From contig JBAYST010000001.1 of assembly GCA_041676005.1 (NCBI GenBank), positions 1-41,656 on the forward strand: 41,656 nt of DNA, written 5' to 3'. Source of the DNA: Bacilli bacterium. Its GTDB lineage: Bacteria; Bacillota_I; Bacilli_A; RFN20; CAG-826. The position numbers and the translations under genes are program-made. This document shows positions 7,489 to 20,322 of this stretch, piece by piece. The notes under the pieces are model-generated. The model saw only the letters and a list, made by a program, of their open reading frames with translations, ran no database searches and had not been told where the DNA came from. Every line of letters starts with the position of its first letter. Position 1 is the first letter of the stretch.

Positions 7489-8874
7489 ATGGAAATTAAA
7501 AAAACATCAGCACTCGAATTATTTAAAGCTGCTAAAGGTGAAGAATTAGAAAAGTTTTTAAACGAAAAACTAGAGTTATATGGTTGGGTTAAAACTAACC
7601 GAGACAATGGATCAATTGGTTTTTTAGAGTTTAATGATGGAACTTTTTTCAAAAATGTTCAGCTTGTTTATTCACGAAAAGACGAAGAGCTTTATGAGCG
7701 AGTTAAAGCTGCTAAAACTGGAGCTGCGATTCGTGCTCTAGGAAGTCTTATTCTCACCCCTGAAAACAAACAACCATTTGAAATTCACCTGAGTGAATAT
7801 GAGTTAATTGGTGATGTTGCTGACGATTATCCTTTACAGAAGAAACGACATAGTTTCGAGTTTTTGCGTGAACATGCTCATGTGAGACCTCGGGCAAATA
7901 CCTTTTTAGCACTCTATAGAGTGAGAAGCGTTTTATCTTTAGCAATTCATGAATTTTTTCATGAACGAGGTTTTATTTACGTTCATACTCCGATAATTAC
8001 AACAAATGACGCTGAAGGCGCTGGACAAACTTTTGATGTGATAACCAAAGGAAAAAATCCACATAGCTTTTTCAATCAACCAGTTAACTTGACTGTCTCA
8101 GGGCAACTTCACGTCGAGCCCTTCGCGCTTGCATTTAAAAACGTTTATACTTTTGGTCCTACCTTTCGAGCAGAAAATTCAAATACTCCTCGTCATGCCG
8201 CAGAATTTTGGATGATTGAGCCCGAAATTGCTTTTGCAGATTTAAACGACGACATGAACCTAATCGAAGATTGTTTGAAATTCTGTTTGAAATACATTTT
8301 AGATAAATGTCCAGAAGAAATGGATTTCTTCAATGAGATGATTGATAAGACCCTTATTGAAAGACTTGAAAACATCTTAAAGAGTAATTTTAAACGTATG
8401 ACTTATACAGAAGGAATCGAAATTTTAAAAGACGCTGTCAAAAAAGGACATCGATTTGAGAATTCAAATATCGAATGGGGAATGGACCTTCAAACAGAGC
8501 ATGAACGCTATTTAACAGAGAAGGTGATCGATGGTCCTTTATTTCTCATTGATTATCCAAAAGAAATCAAAGCTTTTTACATGCGTTTAAACGATGACGG
8601 CAAAACAGTTGCCGCCTGCGATTTACTCGTTCCTAATGTCGGTGAACTCGTCGGTGGATCACAAAGAGAAGAACGTTTTGATCTCTTAAAAGCAAAAATT
8701 GATGAATTAGGAATAAAAGGTTTGGAATGGTATTTAGATACAAGACGTTATGGCGGTTGCAAACATGCTGGATTTGGAATTGGTTTTGATCGTTTGTTAA
8801 TGTATATCACTGGTGTTAACAATATTCGCGATACTGAGCCTTATGCAAGAACCGCAAATGCGATAAAATATTAA
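7489..8874 (+). CDS. asnS: Asparagine--tRNA ligase
   Basis: Class IIb aaRS with FRAENSNTPRHAAEFWMIEPE and GGSQREER motifs. The track start is GTG 7474. ATG 7489 follows GTGAGGA by 8 nt. Confidence 0.92.
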   Translation: MEIKKTSALELFKAAKGEELEKFLNEKLELYGWVKTNRDNGSIGFLEFNDGTFFKNVQLVYSRKDEELYERVKAAKTGAAIRALGSLILTPENKQPFEIHLSEYELIGDVADDYPLQKKRHSFEFLREHAHVRPRANTFLALYRVRSVLSLAIHEFFHERGFIYVHTPIITTNDAEGAGQTFDVITKGKNPHSFFNQPVNLTVSGQLHVEPFALAFKNVYTFGPTFRAENSNTPRHAAEFWMIEPEIAFADLNDDMNLIEDCLKFCLKYILDKCPEEMDFFNEMIDKTLIERLENILKSNFKRMTYTEGIEILKDAVKKGHRFENSNIEWGMDLQTEHERYLTEKVIDGPLFLIDYPKEIKAFYMRLNDDGKTVAACDLLVPNVGELVGGSQREERFDLLKAKIDELGIKGLEWYLDTRRYGGCKHAGFGIGFDRLLMYITGVNNIRDTEPYARTANAIKY

Positions 8875-8886
8875 AAGGAGAGATGA

Positions 8887-9003
8887 GTGGAAGAAAAAAT
8901 CAAAAAACAGAAATCTCAAAAAAGAGTCTTTGTCCTTCTGATAATTTTAGACATTCTTTTGATTGGTTATCTCATCTTTCAACTCGTCTCATTATTTGCG
9001 TAA
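8887..9003 (+). CDS. Small membrane protein, 38 codons (below the ORF-track cutoff)
   Basis: GTG 6 nt after AAGGAG. Translation is V/MEEKIKKQKSQKRVFVLLIILDILLIGYLIFQLVSLFA*: a Lys-rich head plus one TM helix. The stop lies 8 nt before the terminator stem. Confidence 0.5.
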   Translation: MEEKIKKQKSQKRVFVLLIILDILLIGYLIFQLVSLFA

Positions 9004-9010
9004 TTAATAA

Positions 9011-9040
9011 AAATGCCTCGAATCTGAGGCATTTATTTTT
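9011..9040. terminator. Bidirectional rho-independent terminator
   Basis: AAATGCCTC gaatct GAGGCATTT, flanked by an A-run upstream and a T-run downstream. It lies between the convergent asnS unit and the membrane operon. Confidence 0.8.
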
Positions 9041-9731
9041 CCTTTACAGGACTTTCATCATTTTTTTCAGTTGCCGGTGGTGTGGCTAAACTCGACTGAT
9101 TAAACGGTGATTTCGTCATTTTAACGTCATCCATTGATTTATCGTATACAGATCTAGAAAGCTTTTCAATTCGTATTGCTCGAGAAATCAAACATTGAAC
9201 AGCCACTAAATACCAAATTGCACCGGTAAGGAAAATCGGCACAAAAACATAAGACCAAATCGCTTCTACTTTAAAGGTGGGAGAATGAATCAAATTAATT
9301 GTCGTCGTCATTTCTAAAGTTCCGAGTTCTAAGAAGACTCTTTTTTCTCCGGTATCTCTCCAAATGAAAAGCAACGTTCCAAAACCTGTAGTTTCATGAT
9401 TGAAAATATCATAAGTGAAATCGTGAAGTGATTCGCAAATGAATAAGATAATAAAAGCGACGAGCAAAATTACAACAGGAATCCACCCCTTTTTAAAAAA
9501 CTCCCGCCAACTTTTCTTATATGCTAGACGTCTAAAAGCCTTTGGCTCATTGATGACTTGAGTGACTGTGACGTCATGCATCATATCGTCAACCTTCTTG
9601 CCTTGCCATTTCATCACCCGTATAATCAGCATTCCGATATAACCGACCAAAACGAATACTAAAATGAGGACAAGAAGAACAGCTATCGCTAACCGTTTGT
9701 CATTTTCAGTAAATTTAATAAGTAAATTCAT
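9033..9731 (-). CDS. Hypothetical membrane protein (about 3 TM), third gene of the operon
   Basis: 232-aa ORF with an ATGA overlap with the upstream gene. Hydrophobic segments lie at about aa 14-38, 85-105 and 165-190. I recognise no family. Confidence 0.7.
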   Translation of the reverse strand: MNLLIKFTENDKRLAIAVLLVLILVFVLVGYIGMLIIRVMKWQGKKVDDMMHDVTVTQVINEPKAFRRLAYKKSWREFFKKGWIPVVILLVAFIILFICESLHDFTYDIFNHETTGFGTLLFIWRDTGEKRVFLELGTLEMTTTINLIHSPTFKVEAIWSYVFVPIFLTGAIWYLVAVQCLISRAIRIEKLSRSVYDKSMDDVKMTKSPFNQSSLATPPATEKNDESPVKEK

Positions 9732-10333
9732 CTTCTGCCCTTTCTGTTTCGGTCATAAGTAATATCAAGATCCTCAATTTCTTTTTTGCTTTCTTCAACT
9801 CGTTCAACTTTTAAAAATCTTGATTTATTCTCAGTGTTAACTTCGGACATCGGTTCAATTGTCTCTTCTTTTATTGGAAGTGCATCGATAATCGATGTCT
9901 CCTCAATTTGCTCAATTTGAGAAATGGGTTTTCCCTCAAGCAAATTAACTCCTGATAACGTTTCTTCAATTGCGGAAAGGTCTTCGTTTTCGAAGAAAAA
10001 TGCATCGCTTTCTTTTTTTTCTTTTCTTGGAGCGATAACTGCGTTTAAGTTTTGGATGATAATTGTATTTCCTTGACTGATTGGTTGTTGAGGTTGTGAA
10101 GGTTGTCCTTGAGCAGCGCGAACCATCGCTTCTAAACGAGTTTTAGCCTCGACGTCTTCTGGAAGTTCTCCAAACATATTTTCACCTTTAAAGAAAAGGA
10201 TAATAGCTTTAAGACCAATGAAAATAAAAGCGACTAAACTGACGACAGCGCTGAGGGCTAAAATTGCCACCAGAAAAGGAAGCATAATGATGTAAAGAAT
10301 TCCGTTTGCAAAAGTTTTGAAAAATTTAGCCAT
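9728..10333 (-). CDS. Hypothetical membrane protein: N-terminal TM hairpin plus acidic, Q/P/E-rich tail
   Basis: 201-aa ORF with an ATGGCTAA 8-nt overlap with the upstream gene. The tail carries recurring IEET-like motifs (AIEETL, QIEETS, IKEETI). Confidence 0.7.
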   Translation of the reverse strand: MAKFFKTFANGILYIIMLPFLVAILALSAVVSLVAFIFIGLKAIILFFKGENMFGELPEDVEAKTRLEAMVRAAQGQPSQPQQPISQGNTIIIQNLNAVIAPRKEKKESDAFFFENEDLSAIEETLSGVNLLEGKPISQIEQIEETSIIDALPIKEETIEPMSEVNTENKSRFLKVERVEESKKEIEDLDITYDRNRKGRR

Positions 10334-11258
10334 CTATTTTTTCCTTTGTAGTAATTGTATCTTTATTTTTTCTTTTGCTCAAACACATATTGCAAACTGC
10401 AATAATCCCGATTAAAAACGGAAAAACTCCAATGAGAAGAAAACCATACGTTGCACCGACAATTGAATAAAAAATGCCAAAAATAAAAAACGTCAGAACA
10501 AAAGCGACACCTTCGCTAATATATATCCAAATTTTTCTTTCGTTTAAGGTTTCGAAAAGGAGATAAATCGCAAAATATAATGAACACATCAATGTAAAAT
10601 AGGCCCAATCCAAAAGGAAAATGGCGAATGTGGCAGTTGCGATTAAAGAGGATAAAAGTCCGATTAAAACTATGTATTTATATTTTTTATTTTCTTCTAA
10701 TACGACATTGAATTTAGGTAATTCATCTTTGATGATCATATATGAAAGCGAAGCTTGAATCAAAGATAAAAGGAAGATGAAGGCTGGTACTACAGAATAA
10801 ACGTTTGGATTGTTTTTTAAACCAAAAGCATTAACAAAAGTGTCAATCATGTTCAAGCCGTAAATAAGAGAAATAATCGGAAGTGAAATATAGGTGAATA
10901 AGACCTGGACAAAAGTTGGAACGATGATAAGAAAAATTGAAGGCGATTTCTTAATCGCTAAAATTCCAAATAGAAATCCGCTTATGACCGAAGGAACGAC
11001 GTAGAAAAAAGTCGTCGAGAGATCCCAAAAAGTTGCGCCAAGACACAACGCTATAGTTGCTACTGCATAAATAATAAAATAACGTTTTTTGCAATATAAA
11101 GTTACAAGGACAGAAGTTAGAGGTAAAACGAAAATTAAAAGTAAAAATAAAATTGGCAACAGAGTTGAAACCAAAGTAAAAACTACATTTATAGCAGTCA
11201 TCAGCGCCATAAAAGCTATATTTTGTAAAGGAGTTTCATTTTTCTTGAAAACAGTCAT
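10326..11258 (-). CDS. Hypothetical polytopic membrane protein (about 9-10 TM; weak by-eye resemblance to YybS/DUF2232 or ECF S-component N-termini)
   Basis: 310-aa ORF, first gene of a three-gene overlapping operon. The N-terminus is PLQNIAFMALMTAINVVFTLVSTLLPILFLLLIFVLPL. Confidence 0.7.
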   Translation of the reverse strand: MTVFKKNETPLQNIAFMALMTAINVVFTLVSTLLPILFLLLIFVLPLTSVLVTLYCKKRYFIIYAVATIALCLGATFWDLSTTFFYVVPSVISGFLFGILAIKKSPSIFLIIVPTFVQVLFTYISLPIISLIYGLNMIDTFVNAFGLKNNPNVYSVVPAFIFLLSLIQASLSYMIIKDELPKFNVVLEENKKYKYIVLIGLLSSLIATATFAIFLLDWAYFTLMCSLYFAIYLLFETLNERKIWIYISEGVAFVLTFFIFGIFYSIVGATYGFLLIGVFPFLIGIIAVCNMCLSKRKNKDTITTKEKIDG

Positions 11259-11264
11259 ACGTTT

Positions 11265-11273
11265 ATTTTAGCA
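11265..11273 (-). promoter_or_regulatory. Extended -10 TGcTAAAAT, 6 nt upstream of ATG 11258 (candidate leaderless promoter)
   Basis: Reverse strand reads aatTGcTAAAATaaacgtATG. No SD is present. Confidence 0.45.
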
Positions 11274-11331
11274 ATTATGAAAGTAAAAAGAATAAAAATC
11301 GGCAGTTTAGAAAATATATTCTAAAAGTAAT

Positions 11332-11781
11332 GTGGGGCGTCGCCGTTTATTCTTTTCATCAATCCTTGTTTTTGCGATTGTTTTTTCCTCGTGCCAAAAC
11401 AAATTAGATTTTCCGCTTTATCCTCAACATGAATATAGCGAAGTTTCTTTAAAGATAATTCCGTACGAAGATAGCTTTTCAAAAGATGAAAACTCTTATC
11501 TCATTTATATTTTTTCTTATTCCTGTGGGCATTGCTTAGAAATTAAAAATATGATGATCGAATTTGTTATAAATGAGAAAAAACCTACTTATTTTATAAT
11601 TTTTAATAGCGAAATCGAACTCGCCAGTGATGTTTCATCAACTATCGGTGCATCGTCAATAGAAGAACTTTCAATTCTTGGAGTTCCAACTTTGATCAAT
11701 ATAGAAGATGGAAAAGTAGCATTCAATGTGGCAGGAGTTAAAGCAATTACTGAAATAATCGAGCCTTATTTTAGAACATAA
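11332..11781 (+). CDS. Thioredoxin-fold CxxC lipoprotein (thiol-disulfide oxidoreductase-like)
   Basis: Signal peptide with lipobox-like VFSSC (MGRRRLFFSSILVFAIVFSSCQ). CGHC active-site motif (FSYSCGHCLEIK) and a GVPTL cis-Pro-type loop. GTG start without a clear SD. Confidence 0.65.
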   Translation: MGRRRLFFSSILVFAIVFSSCQNKLDFPLYPQHEYSEVSLKIIPYEDSFSKDENSYLIYIFSYSCGHCLEIKNMMIEFVINEKKPTYFIIFNSEIELASDVSSTIGASSIEELSILGVPTLINIEDGKVAFNVAGVKAITEIIEPYFRT

Positions 11782-11786
11782 GTTTA

Positions 11787-11815
11787 TTGAATAAAGAGCG
11801 ATAAAATGATAATAT
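11787..11815 (+). promoter_or_regulatory. Sigma-70-type promoter of pcrA: TTGAAT-17 nt-(TGa)TAATAT
   Basis: -35 at 11787..11792, exact 17-nt spacer, TG at 11807..11808, -10 at 11810..11815. The ATG lies 14 nt downstream and there is no SD. Confidence 0.6.
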
Positions 11816-11829
11816 ATTGCTAGCAATAT

Positions 11830-11831
<2 letters not shown>
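11812..11831. promoter_or_regulatory. Perfect 20-bp palindrome ATATATTGCTAGCAATATAT spanning the -10 edge to the pcrA ATG (candidate operator)
   Basis: Exact reverse-complement symmetry, checked base by base. The core is TTGCTAGCAA. Confidence 0.45.
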
Positions 11832-16031
<4,200 letters not shown>

Positions 16032-16095
16032 TTTTTTAATAATTTATTAAAACTCCAATTTAATGTTAAAATAGAAAAACGGAAAGAAACGTATT

Positions 16096-16401
16096 ATGAA
16101 GACACTGAACAAAGAAATTCTTAAGACCGCCGCAAAAAATTTATTTTTTGAAATGTCTGAAGAACAATATGAAATGCTTTTAAAAGAATTTGAATTTATT
16201 TTAAAACAAATGGAATTCATCGGGTCGCTTCCGCAAGTCGACGAATTAGAACCGATGACCTTTCCATATGAAAGCAAAAATGCTCATTTAACTCATTTAA
16301 GGGAAGACATTCCTTTAACTCCACTATCACGCGACGAAGTGCTTAAAAATGCACAAGATGTTTCTAACGGACAAATCAAACTTCCTAAGGTGGTGGGATA
16401 A
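16096..16401 (+). CDS. gatC: Asp/Glu-tRNA amidotransferase subunit C
   Basis: 101 aa, immediately upstream of gatA with a TAATG overlap. A candidate extended -10 TGtTAAAAT lies upstream. Confidence 0.85.
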   Translation: MKTLNKEILKTAAKNLFFEMSEEQYEMLLKEFEFILKQMEFIGSLPQVDELEPMTFPYESKNAHLTHLREDIPLTPLSRDEVLKNAQDVSNGQIKLPKVVG

Positions 16402-17855
16402 TGGATTATTTAAATTTACCCCTTTCTCAAATTCATAAAGCTTTACTTAGTAAAGAAGTCACCCCTATAGAACTCACCAAAGAGGCATTAAGAAGAGCAA
16501 AAGAAAATACCGACAATGCTTTTGAATACATCATGGAAAAAGAAGCATTGCAAATCGCAGAGACTTTAAAAGAACCGACAGATAGTCTTTTTTGGGGAAT
16601 TCCTTTTGCAATTAAAGATAATATTTCCACCAAAGGTATCCCGACTTCAGGCTCGAGTAACATTCTTGATGGTTATGTTCCTTTATTTGACGCGACTGTC
16701 GTTTCTAAACTCCTTTCACTAGGTGCAATTCCGATTGGCAAAACGACTCTTGATGAACTAGGAATGGGCGGAACTGGAACCACGGGAAGAAAAGGAAAAA
16801 CTTTTAATCCTTGGGATAAAACTAAAACTCGAATTGTCGGAGGTTCTAGTGCGGGCAGTGCTGTTGCTGTCGCCGCTTCTATTGTTCCTTTTGCATTAGG
16901 TTCTGATACTGGAGATTCAGTGCGCAAACCCGCGTCTTATGCAGGGTTAGTTGGTTTTAAACCAACATGGGGGAGAATTTCCCGCTATGGGTTATTTCCT
17001 TTTGCTCCATCTTTAGATCACATCGCTTATTTTACAAAAAGCGTGATGGATGCTGCTTATTTATTAGAAGCCTTAAGCGGAGAAGACAAAAACGATTCGA
17101 CTACTTCGCTTTTACCTGTTGAAAAATATCATGAATTTCTCACTCGTCCAATCAAAGGGATGAAAGTTGCGATCATCAAAGAAATAATCGATTTAGTCAA
17201 CGATGAAGAAATTTGTAAAACATATAAACAAAGTCTTGAATATTTAATAAAAGAAGGCGCTCTTATCACTGAAGTGCACATTGATAAAAGCATTTTACAA
17301 GCGATTTTTCCAACCTATATCGTCATTTCTTCTGCTGAAGCGACGAGCAACAATGCTAATCTTGATGGAATCAAATTCGGTCCTCGCTATGATGGTAAGA
17401 CTTACGAAGAAGTGATTACAAAAGCTCGGACCAAAGGATTTTCAGAACTCATTAAGAGAAGATTTATCATCGGTAATTATGCGCTTTTGGCGCAAAACCA
17501 AGAAGTTTTGTTTTTAAGAGCACAAAAAGCTCGGCGTTTAATCGTCAATAAAATAAATGACATATTTGCAGAGCATGATTTTATCTATCTTCCTGCTTCT
17601 TTAAGCATAGCGCCGAAATTCGAAGGATTATCTGAACGTCTTTCAAATGATCAAATGATTATTGAAAATCACTTAACAATCGGTAATTTTGGCGGTTTTC
17701 CAAGCCTTACTTTACCGCTTGGAATTAAAGACGGAATGCCGTTTGGTGTCAACTTCACCGGTCGGTGTTTTGAAGATGGCAAAGTCTTACAAATTTCCTC
17801 TAGTTTAGAAAAGCATATAGGGTTTGAACAACTGTCTAAAAAGGAGAAAAAATAA
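16401..17855 (+). CDS. gatA: Asp/Glu-tRNA amidotransferase subunit A
   Basis: Amidase signature GGSSAGSAVAVAA...GSDTGDSVRKPA. Confidence 0.93.
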   Translation: MDYLNLPLSQIHKALLSKEVTPIELTKEALRRAKENTDNAFEYIMEKEALQIAETLKEPTDSLFWGIPFAIKDNISTKGIPTSGSSNILDGYVPLFDATVVSKLLSLGAIPIGKTTLDELGMGGTGTTGRKGKTFNPWDKTKTRIVGGSSAGSAVAVAASIVPFALGSDTGDSVRKPASYAGLVGFKPTWGRISRYGLFPFAPSLDHIAYFTKSVMDAAYLLEALSGEDKNDSTTSLLPVEKYHEFLTRPIKGMKVAIIKEIIDLVNDEEICKTYKQSLEYLIKEGALITEVHIDKSILQAIFPTYIVISSAEATSNNANLDGIKFGPRYDGKTYEEVITKARTKGFSELIKRRFIIGNYALLAQNQEVLFLRAQKARRLIVNKINDIFAEHDFIYLPASLSIAPKFEGLSERLSNDQMIIENHLTIGNFGGFPSLTLPLGIKDGMPFGVNFTGRCFEDGKVLQISSSLEKHIGFEQLSKKEKK

Positions 17856-17856
17856 G

Positions 17857-19281
17857 ATGAATTTTGAAGCGATTATCGGATTAGAAATTCATGTTGAAAT
17901 GAAGACAAAATCGAAAATGTTTTCTTCTGCTCCAGTTGTTTTTGGTGCTTTACCAAATAGCGCAGTGGACCTCACTGATATGGCATTTCCAGGAACCTTG
18001 CCGATTGTTAATAAACAAGCGGTGATCAATGCGATTAGAGTCGCGCACGCCCTTCATATGGAAATCGATGACGAACTTTGGTTCGATCGAAAAAATTATT
18101 TTTATAGTGATTTGCCTAAAGGTTATCAAATCACCCAACAAAGAAGACCTCTTGGAAAAAACGGATATTTAGAAATTGAAACCCCAAACGGAAAGAAAAA
18201 GATTGCGATTGAAAGAATTCATCTTGAAGAAGATACATGTAAGCAACTTCACTTTAGTGATTATACACTTTTAGACTTTAACCGCGCTGGAGTTCCACTG
18301 ATCGAAATCGTTTCGCATCCCGAATTAAAAAACGGATTAGAAGCGATGCGATACGTCGAAAATATTCGTTCAATTGTCCAATATCTCGACGTTTCAAATG
18401 GGAAAATGGAAGAAGGTTCGCTCCGATGCGATGTCAATATTTCACTTCGAAAAGAAGGCGAAAATAAACTAGGCACTAAAGTCGAAATCAAAAATCTCAA
18501 TTCGATTGCTAACATTGAAAAAGCAATTGATTTTGAAGTCAAACGACAAAGCGAATTGTTAAAACAAGGTGTGAAAATTATTCAAGAGACAAGACGTTAT
18601 GATGATGACTTAAAAGAAACGATTTCCATGCGAGTTAAAAGTGATGCGGTTGACTATAAATACTTCGTAGAACCAAATATTGTTCCGATTAAGCTCACCG
18701 AGGAATTTATTAAAACCGCAATTGAAACATCCTCTGAACTTGCAAGTGTTAAGCTGACACGGTATTTAAATTTAGGCCTAAATGAATATGACGCAAACAT
18801 CATCTTGAGCAGTAAAGAAACCGCCAATTACTTTGACGAAGCCCTAAAGACAAAAGCGAATCCCAAATTGCTTGCTAATTGGCTTATTGTCGACATTCAA
18901 GCTGTCTTAAATAAAGAAGAAATCAGTATTGAGAATTTTAAGATTACTCCTGAAAATTTAAGCCAGTTAGTTAAGATGATCGAGAGCAATCAAATCAGCA
19001 ACAAACAAGCAAGAGATGTGTTTATAAAAATGCTCGAAAATAACGAATCTCCAAATGTAATTGCCGATAAATTAGGCTTTGTACTCATTTCAGATGAAAT
19101 TCAGATTTTAAAATATGTGAGCGAAGTTTTAGATGTTAATGAACAATCGATTATCGATTTTAAAAACGGAAAAGATCGTGCTTTTGGATATTTAGTCGGA
19201 CAAGTGATGAAAGCTAGCCACGGGAAAGTTAATCCTTCTTTAACGGCTAAAATTTTAACTGAGGAATTGAAAAGGAGATAA
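17857..19281 (+). CDS. gatB: Asp/Glu-tRNA amidotransferase subunit B
   Basis: MNFEAIIGLEIHVE N-terminus. ATG 17857 follows AAGGAG and lies 1 nt after the gatA stop. The track start at 17824 lies inside gatA. Confidence 0.93.
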   Translation: MNFEAIIGLEIHVEMKTKSKMFSSAPVVFGALPNSAVDLTDMAFPGTLPIVNKQAVINAIRVAHALHMEIDDELWFDRKNYFYSDLPKGYQITQQRRPLGKNGYLEIETPNGKKKIAIERIHLEEDTCKQLHFSDYTLLDFNRAGVPLIEIVSHPELKNGLEAMRYVENIRSIVQYLDVSNGKMEEGSLRCDVNISLRKEGENKLGTKVEIKNLNSIANIEKAIDFEVKRQSELLKQGVKIIQETRRYDDDLKETISMRVKSDAVDYKYFVEPNIVPIKLTEEFIKTAIETSSELASVKLTRYLNLGLNEYDANIILSSKETANYFDEALKTKANPKLLANWLIVDIQAVLNKEEISIENFKITPENLSQLVKMIESNQISNKQARDVFIKMLENNESPNVIADKLGFVLISDEIQILKYVSEVLDVNEQSIIDFKNGKDRAFGYLVGQVMKASHGKVNPSLTAKILTEELKRR

Positions 19282-19282
19282 G

Positions 19283-20308
19283 ATGTCTATTTTAGTAACA
19301 GGTGGAACCGGATACATCGGCAGTCATACAGTTGTTGAATTATTAAAAAGTGGCGAAGATGTTGTCATCGTCGATAATCTTTCAAATTCAAAGCGTGGTG
19401 TTTTGAACCGAATTTATAAAATAACTGGTAAAAAGCCAAGATTTTATCAATTCAGCGTACAAAACTTTGCTAAATTAGATGAATTGTTTACAAAAGAACA
19501 CTTCACGGATGTGATTCATTTTGCAGGTTTAAAGGCTGTTGGCGAGTCGCACCAGAAACCAAAACTCTATTTTAAAAACAATGTTGGTTCATCCCAAGTA
19601 CTCATCGATGTGATGATAAAACACGAAGTTAATAATCTCGTTTTTTCTTCAAGTGCAACCGTTTATGGAACTCCGAAAAGAGTGCCGATTTTTGAGACGG
19701 ATACAGTTGGCGAAAATATCGCTTCTCCTTATGGGGAAACAAAAGCAGAGATTGAAACCCTGTTAATTGAAAAAGCAAAGAAATATCCTGAACTCAATAT
19801 TGCACTTCTTCGCTATTTCAATCCGATCGGAGCTCACGAAAGTGGATTAATCGGCGAAGACCCTAACGGAATTCCTAATAATTTGATGCCTTATATCACT
19901 CAAGTCGCTGCAAAACGATTACCACATTTAAATGTCTTCGGTAACGACTATAAAACGATTGATGGAACCGGAGTAAGAGATTACATTCATGTCGTCGATT
20001 TAGCGCTTGGACACTTGGCCGCAATTAAAAAATTAAGAGAAAATTGTGGTCTTGTCATCTATAATCTAGGAACCGGAAAAGGAACTTCCGTTTTAGAACT
20101 TGTTAAAGCATTTGAAGACGCTAATAAAATTAAAATTCCATTTACTATTTTAAGTCGCCGCGCAGGTGATATCGATGAAAGTTATGCAAATGTCGACAAA
20201 GCTCGTTTAGAATTGAATTGGATAGCGCATCTTAATATCGTTGATGCGTGTCGCGATTCATGGAATTTTCAAAAGAAAAATCCATATGGATATAGAAGAA
20301 AAAAATAA
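19283..20308 (+). CDS. galE: UDP-glucose 4-epimerase
   Basis: GGTGYIGSH Rossmann motif, catalytic S...YGETK, 341 aa. It starts 1 nt after the gatB stop. Confidence 0.9.
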   Translation: MSILVTGGTGYIGSHTVVELLKSGEDVVIVDNLSNSKRGVLNRIYKITGKKPRFYQFSVQNFAKLDELFTKEHFTDVIHFAGLKAVGESHQKPKLYFKNNVGSSQVLIDVMIKHEVNNLVFSSSATVYGTPKRVPIFETDTVGENIASPYGETKAEIETLLIEKAKKYPELNIALLRYFNPIGAHESGLIGEDPNGIPNNLMPYITQVAAKRLPHLNVFGNDYKTIDGTGVRDYIHVVDLALGHLAAIKKLRENCGLVIYNLGTGKGTSVLELVKAFEDANKIKIPFTILSRRAGDIDESYANVDKARLELNWIAHLNIVDACRDSWNFQKKNPYGYRRKK

Positions 20309-20322
20309 TGGAGGAACAAAAA

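Noticed and set aside
8883-9089. 68-aa ORF after asnS
   Set aside because: The ATG sits only about 2 nt from the GGAG. The frame reads straight through the bidirectional terminator into the convergent gene. The alternative 38-codon frame (8887..9003) fits the SD spacing and stops before the terminator.
17824-17856. N-terminal extension of gatB (MNNCLKRRKNK)
   Set aside because: It lies inside the gatA coding region. The conserved GatB N-terminus MNFEAIIGLEIHVE begins at ATG 17857, with AAGGAG upstream.
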